Source: Selaginella moellendorffii
Taxonomy: Eukaryota > Plantae > Lycopodiophyta
Assembly: GCF_000143415.4 (NCBI RefSeq)
Contig: NW_003314317.1
Coordinates: 62,001 to 126,000 of the forward strand
Length of the DNA: 64,000 nucleotides
Direction of reading: 5' to 3'
The position numbers were made by a program, and so were the translations under genes. This document shows, one piece after another, positions 58,408 through 64,000 of the stretch. The first letter of the stretch is position 1, and each line of letters starts with the position of its first letter. Under the pieces are notes generated by a model, which worked only from the letters and a program-made list of their open reading frames with translations, was not told the DNA's origin and made no database searches.

Positions 58408-59854
58408 TTATCTTGGATTTGGTCGAGCATGCTGGCCATAGTGCGTTCTTACGTGTCTTGTGAGATCCACCTTATATCCGAAAGAGCGCTCACAGCCAGA
58501 AAACCTGGAGAAAAACACGTTGGTTCTCGGGTTTTTGCAAACAAAATCGAGTTTTTCTTCTCTTACGTGCAGTGAAATGGCTTCTCTCCAGTATGTGTTC
58601 TCTTGTGACCATTGAGTGAGTTGAGCCACTTGAAGCTCTTTCCGCAGCCTTCGAAGGGACACACCAAGGGCCTGTCATCGCAGTGGATCTTTTGGTGGAC
58701 AACCTACAAGAGAGAAAACCATTTAATCCAGTCACTCCGAGCACTCCTACGACTTACCAGACGTTCGCGGAAAGCAAAGCGCTTGTTGCATCCTTCAAAG
58801 GTGCATTTGTGAGCTCTCTCGTGCTTTTTTACGTGTCGGCTCAGTAGCTGCTTGCTGCTAAACCGAAGGCTGCAGTTCTCAAAGCTGCAAAGGTATGGTC
58901 TCTGGCCACTGGAGATGTAACCAAACTAGATCATATACGAGAGAAGTAGAGTCAAGCGTGAACTCACTTGTGCTCGTTTAGATGATCTCCAAGACTTCCT
59001 GGTGTTGCAAACCGCTTGTTGCATCCCGCGTGAGGGCAGTCGTGCGTTTTATCGATCAGCAGGAGCATTTTCTTCGTCTCGACGAGCATCTGCGAGAAAA
59101 GAAGAACTGGAAAACAGTCAGACCAGGCAAAAGAGAGAATGAAACACGAGAAGGTTTTCTACCTTCTCGTAGTGTACTACAGTGAGCTCGTGCCACGGGA
59201 TTCCAAGTAGCTCGGCCGGAAGCTCAGCTGCCAAGGCTGATGATTCCGCTAAATTTTGGAATGCCATCGCCAGTTCTTGCAATTCGCTGCTCTTGAGCTG
59301 CTCAAACCTGGAATTCAAAGCAATCCTTCAGCGAAAGCATAGAAAAGAAGAAGAAAGAGTTGCTTACTTCATTCGCTTCCACTTTGAGAGATTTGGTTTT
59401 CGAAGGCTAGATTTCTTGCTCGAGCACTCCGGCCCAATCCTCGCATCCACTGCTGCGTTTACAAGAGCTTCCAAGCTGCCACCATATTGATCCGACACAA
59501 CTTCCATTAGCCTCTGGTGAGCTGCATTGACTCACAACTGAGAAAGAAATCCAAACGGAAAAAGAGAAAACGAAGAAAGAGTTCTTCCTAGTTTCTATCT
59601 CACGTACCGAAAGAATCCAGCCGAATGACCACTTGCTTGAGCTTCTTGCGTTTCTTCACCTTCTTCTCCACCACACCGATTGGCAACTCATCGTGCGAGA
59701 TCGCCGAGAATGTGGCGGCGGCCGCAAGATTTAGCGCGGCGTCTTCCTGCGCGCTGTGGATCCTCTTCTTCATCACAGCAGTGCTCTCTTGCTCCTCCTC
59801 GGCGTACCTCTTGCGAGAAGAAGAAGACGCGCCATTGCCGTCCTCTTCCTGCAT
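58408..59854 (-). CDS. C2H2 zinc-finger protein with four tandem C-terminal fingers, multi-exon
   Basis: [10 protein letters not shown]...HVKKH; HKCTFEGC...HQKIH; [10 protein letters not shown]...[14 protein letters not shown]|FSGC...HVRTH; basic NLS-like N-terminal stretch. Confidence 0.85.
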
Positions 59855-59901
59855 TGTGGCACTCTTAAGCCCTAGATTGGATTAGATTAGGGCTCTTCAG
59901 G

Positions 59902-60656
59902 ATGGGCAGCTTGGCGAGGCGCGCAGGGATCGCGATCGCCCGGCGCAGCGCTTGCATTTCCGCTCGATCGTACAGCAGCATCGATCGCAACATTGAAGAA
60001 TTCAACCAGGTAGAGCAAGATTTCCTCCTTGAATCAGTCGTGATCGTGTGGAGTTTCCACAGGAGCTGGAAGAAATGTTTGGTGCTCCCCCTGCCGCTGC
60101 TGGCGCGCAAGGATTTCCAGCGAGAGATCCATCGTCCCAGAGCATCGCAGCTCCATCGATAGCTAGAGATCGATCTTCTTCTCTAACTCACGTCGATAGC
60201 TCTGGAAAGGCCTCGATGGTGGACGTCTCTCACAAGATGGACACCAAAAGGAACGCAGTAGCGTCCGGTAGAGTCCTCCTCGGCCCCGACGTCTTCCATC
60301 TCGTGGCCGCCAACAAGATCGCCAAGGGAGACGTCTTGACAGTGGCCAAGATAGCGGGCATCCAGGCCGCCAAGCAAACCGCGACGCTCATACCCCTGTG
60401 CCACACCATAGCTCTCAGCTCGGTGGACGTGAAGATGGCGCTGGACGAGGAGGCTAGCTGTGTGGAAGTCACCGCGGAGGCTAGCTCGGTTGGCCCGACT
60501 GGTGTGGAGATGGAAGCTCTCACGGCTGTCTCGGTGGCTTGCTTGACGGTGTACGATATGTGCAAGGCTGCGTCCAAGGCTATACAGATATCCGGCATCG
60601 AGCTCGTGTCCAAGTCCGGTGGCAAGAGTGGCGACTGGCATCGAGAGCAGAATTGA
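59902..60656 (+). CDS. CNX3: Cyclic pyranopterin monophosphate synthase (MoaC), two exons
   Basis: LTHVDSSGKASMVDVS; KGDVLTVAKIAGIQAAKQT..LIPLCH; TGVEMEALTAVSVACLTVYDMCKA; KSGGKSG; targeting-peptide-like exon 1 (59902-60009). Confidence 0.95.
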
Positions 60657-61419
60657 AGAAGCACTGTAAGATCTCTCTTTCTTTTCTTTTTTTCGTTTTC
60701 CTCCTCTTGCTAATATGTCGAGCTTTGGATCCAGATGGATGATGTGCTATGGATTTTGTAGCAAGGTATCACAGTCTCTAAACTCGAGAGCATTCTTTTC
60801 CAGATAGTTCTCCGCTAAGTTTCTCTCCATTGATAGTGTGTGATCTCTTTATAAGCTAATATCGCAATCCAGGTGGATAACGCTGCTATGGCTTCAATCA
60901 CTTCATGGGCGACGACGAACTTGAGGTGTGGCGGAGAAACCAGACCAACGCTTCCTGGCTGCTGCTCATTCTCCAGGTAACCTCTAGTTTCTAAATGTCT
61001 TTGATTCACATTGCACATACAGGACGCTACAGTGCAAGCCGAAGAGGGTCTTGAGGTTGACAAGAATCGTGAGACAAGCGGACAACGATGAAAGGGAGGT
61101 CCCTCCTCCTCAAGAGCAGGAAATCCTTCCCGAGAGAAGAGAAGAGACGCCGAAGCCTAAGAAGAAGGGTACGTCGTAGAAGGAGTTGAGAATTATCCTG
61201 TTGTTTAAGCGTTTGTTCACTGGATAGATGATGGCGAAGTCACGGCTCGAATAACTGGAGCGCTTGCCGTGCTTTTGGGGATCGCATACCTTGCTCTCGT
61301 CCAGATTCTGGAGAGACGAGGTGGGAGCCTCGAGCCACCACCTCCGGAAGCGTATCTTCCTTAAATTTTGAGGTTCTAAGCTCGAAGAATTGTGAATCAC
61401 GATCTCTTCTACACAGTTT

Positions 61420-61852
61420 GGCGATGAGCGGCTTGAGATCGTGGAGCGAATGCACCTTGAAATCGGGTCGCTGGTGAGGAGGGAGCTCGTCAATCTTGTA
61501 GCGAAACAATGGATCCACCAAGCAAGTCATCGCTCCCGCGCACGCAACATCGTATCGCCCACCATCAAAACTTCGCACGGCTTGGCGCCCCACATCTCGC
61601 AAAAGTTCTTCGCGTCGCTTGTGCTGCTCAGCGTGATCATCCCCCGACAGAGCTTCTTGGAGTCAATATAGCGGCATGCTTCTGCCACCCAGGGAGTGCG
61701 GATTTGTTGGACCTCCTAGCGTTTTCTATCGTCTGCAATGCCAGCTCCATTTCCTTTGCGGATGCGTAGACACGGTTGGCTTGCAGCGCCCGCAAGTTGA
61801 GCGTCCGGAGCGTTAGATCCAAATCAAGCACGACGCCACGAAGCACAGTGCA
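61420..61852 (-). pseudogene. HAD-superfamily hydrolase pseudogene (At2g33255-like)
   Basis: LRGVVLDLDLTL (motif I-like), CEMWGAKPCEVLMVGD and DVACAGAMTCLVD...PDFKVHSL are spread over different frames with internal deletions. Confidence 0.6.
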
Positions 61853-62019
61853 GCGGGTTACGGTACTTGGGACTTAACCTTCCCTAGGTTCTTGGCTACC
61901 TTTTGAGGGCTAGAGCCAGCCTTCAAAGTGTTGCAATTGCTGTTGAAAGCATAGAGGCTTGCTTCTCATGTTAACCATTTATCTTCCTCTTGATAACGTG
62001 ATACGTTGTTTTGAGGCAG

Positions 62020-62390
62020 TGATCTAAGAAATTTTAAGATTCTTGATGTAACACTCACAGATCTTTTGAGATTATGAGCTAAGAATTGAGAGAGTTGGGT
62101 TATCATGACAAAGTCATGGCCAGAAAGCTTGATGTTTTTGAGGTTGTGAATTCAGAATTGTGTAAGTTGGGCTAGCATGATAAATTCATGGCTAAAAAGC
62201 TTGTGGTGTGGCACTGACAAATTTTTTAAGATTGTGAGTTGAGAATTAAAAGAGTTAGGCTAACATGATAAATTCATGACTAAAGAACTTCTGATGTAAC
62301 ACTCATAGATCTTTTGAGATTATGAGCTAAGGATTGAAAGAGTTGGGAGTCATGGCCAGAAAGCTTGATGTTCATGGAGATTGTGAGCTT
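62020..62390. repeat. Degenerate tandem repeat (~250 bp period with shorter internal subrepeats)
   Basis: TGATGTAACACTCA(C/T)AGATCTTTTGAGATTATGAGCTAAG and CATGGCCAGAAAGCTTGATGTT each recur. Confidence 0.7.
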
Positions 62391-64000
62391 GGTAGAGAAA
62401 TGGAGTGTGAAATGATTGTGATGCTGTGATGAAACATTATGCTTTAGATTTGTGGAGTACTGATGTTGAAAAGGATAACTTGTGTAGCTATTACTGAGAT
62501 GAGATGGATAATTTAAATCAATATTTTGTGTGAGGTCACACAATTTTAAAGGGGGGAGTAAGTGCTACAGATGTAGCGGGTTACGGTGGCCTGTACTTGG
62601 GACTTTAAACAGAATTGGGATGATGTGGCAAGGAGCTGGGTTCTTAAGGAGGAAGGTTCTTGACAAGCTCTAGGCATGATGGACAGAGAGCAGAGGTAGC
62701 GATTGAGAGAGGGGCAGTGCTTTGCATGCATGGGGTGTTAACACTTGATCTGAGGCTTGAGGTTAGATTCTTAAATTGTCATCTTAGCTAGGAGTCATTT
62801 TTATCCACATTCCATTCTTAATCCCTACAACATCTTTGCCATCTCTGTGAACCCTAAGCCTCACATTCATGTACCTTTTTCTAAATTATTCCAAATTATG
62901 GTTTTATATTAAAGTTAATTAAACAAAAATAAAATTAATGATAGTTAAAAGACTTTTTCTTCCTCCTCATTACTCTCCTCTTCGTCATCTTCACCTAATG
63001 ATGACACATTGCTACACTTGGACTTATTAAGGGTTTCTTCCTCCAAGGCTTCTCTTGTCAATCAATCTTGTGAATCATCTTCTTATCATCAATGAACCTG
63101 TTCCCTTGCATCATCAAACAAAACCCCCACAGCAGTGAGTCAGGGCCCTCAAGCTTGGAAATGTCATGAGGCTGAATGTACCCCCTCAAACATAACTTGT
63201 GGAAACTCCTCTTCAGCATCCTTCTCCACATACCAAGCAATCTCAGACCACCACCCAAGTTCAGCTCCTTGCAAGAAAAAACCTTAGTAGCTTCCAATAA
63301 TTATATGTTGTTGAACTCATCCTTGATATTTGCAGATTATGCTGAGTATGGAAAATGCCAGCACTAGAATTTGTTTCTTAATAGCGGCACCATTCATCGC
63401 TTGACATTGAATTGTTTAGCTTCCAGCAAATAAGCTATAGGCAATTTTTAGTTTTACTAGTGGTGAGAAATTGAGAATGATAACTTTTGGAAAGATTTTT
63501 CTTGCTACTGTACAACATGAGATAACTAATGTTCTATTTGTCCCACTTTCTCGCCACCTTTTATCCATTTCTATGCTTGCAAAGGATGGAGTTTAAACCT
63601 TCTTTCATCAAACAGTAGAAAATGTCATTTATGAACACATAAGTATTGCTCAAGCTGTTCCAAAGAATGGATATTTCTTTTTTCCTCTAATCTCTATTAG
63701 TGTTAATACTGTCTTGGTGTCTAATAATTTATAGCTTTAGCATTGAAGACTAGCACATGCAAATTATAGATAGGTACTACTATTTTGATTTTGCATAGCA
63801 TACCATCTTTGAAAGGATCAAACAAGGGAATATATAGGATTGTCTACGAGTAAAGATGAAGAAAAAGCCACTTCCAAAAAAGGCTATGACAAGAGGTATT
63901 TCAATTTTAGATCTTATTCACATTAATATTTGGGTCTCTACTTAAATCTTTGAATGCAGCCTACTATTTTTTTACTAATAGTGGACAACTTTAGTTAGTT

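Noticed and set aside
62540-64000. Probable transposon remnant at the window end
   Set aside because: No diagnostic motif or termini could be supported

Overview
Eukaryotic plant genomic DNA with very short (~45-60 bp) GT-AG introns and tightly packed genes, most consistent with a compact non-seed-plant genome such as the lycophyte Selaginella (inference). 1-10 kb: an F-box/JmjC/APH-kinase-like gene and a two-exon Dof transcription factor. 11-45 kb: an AT-rich nested transposon block containing two decayed copies, in opposite orientations, of one chromodomain-bearing Ty3/gypsy family, a non-autonomous LTR element with ~1.1 kb LTRs, a 1.8 kb LTR-derived inverted repeat, a TRIM and its solo LTR, an older gypsy pol remnant, a 5S-rRNA-derived fragment and an ArfGAP pseudogene; an IBH1-like bHLH gene sits inside this block. 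45-62 kb: a dense gene island (SNARE-associated/VTT protein, plastid coiled-coil protein, class-3 lipase, ADC lyase/D-amino-acid transaminase, SpoU/TrmL methyltransferase, an orphan spliced ORF, OST3/6, UTR7-like sugar-nucleotide transporter, 4xC2H2 zinc finger, CNX3/MoaC, HAD pseudogene). Most notable: the chromovirus family has no tRNA primer-binding site but a 15-nt segment complementary to its own predicted RNA 5' end (Tf1-type self-priming), together with a G-GGA-AAC slippery site plus hairpin for -1 gag-pol frameshifting. All alignments were done by eye, and the boundaries of degenerate features are approximate.
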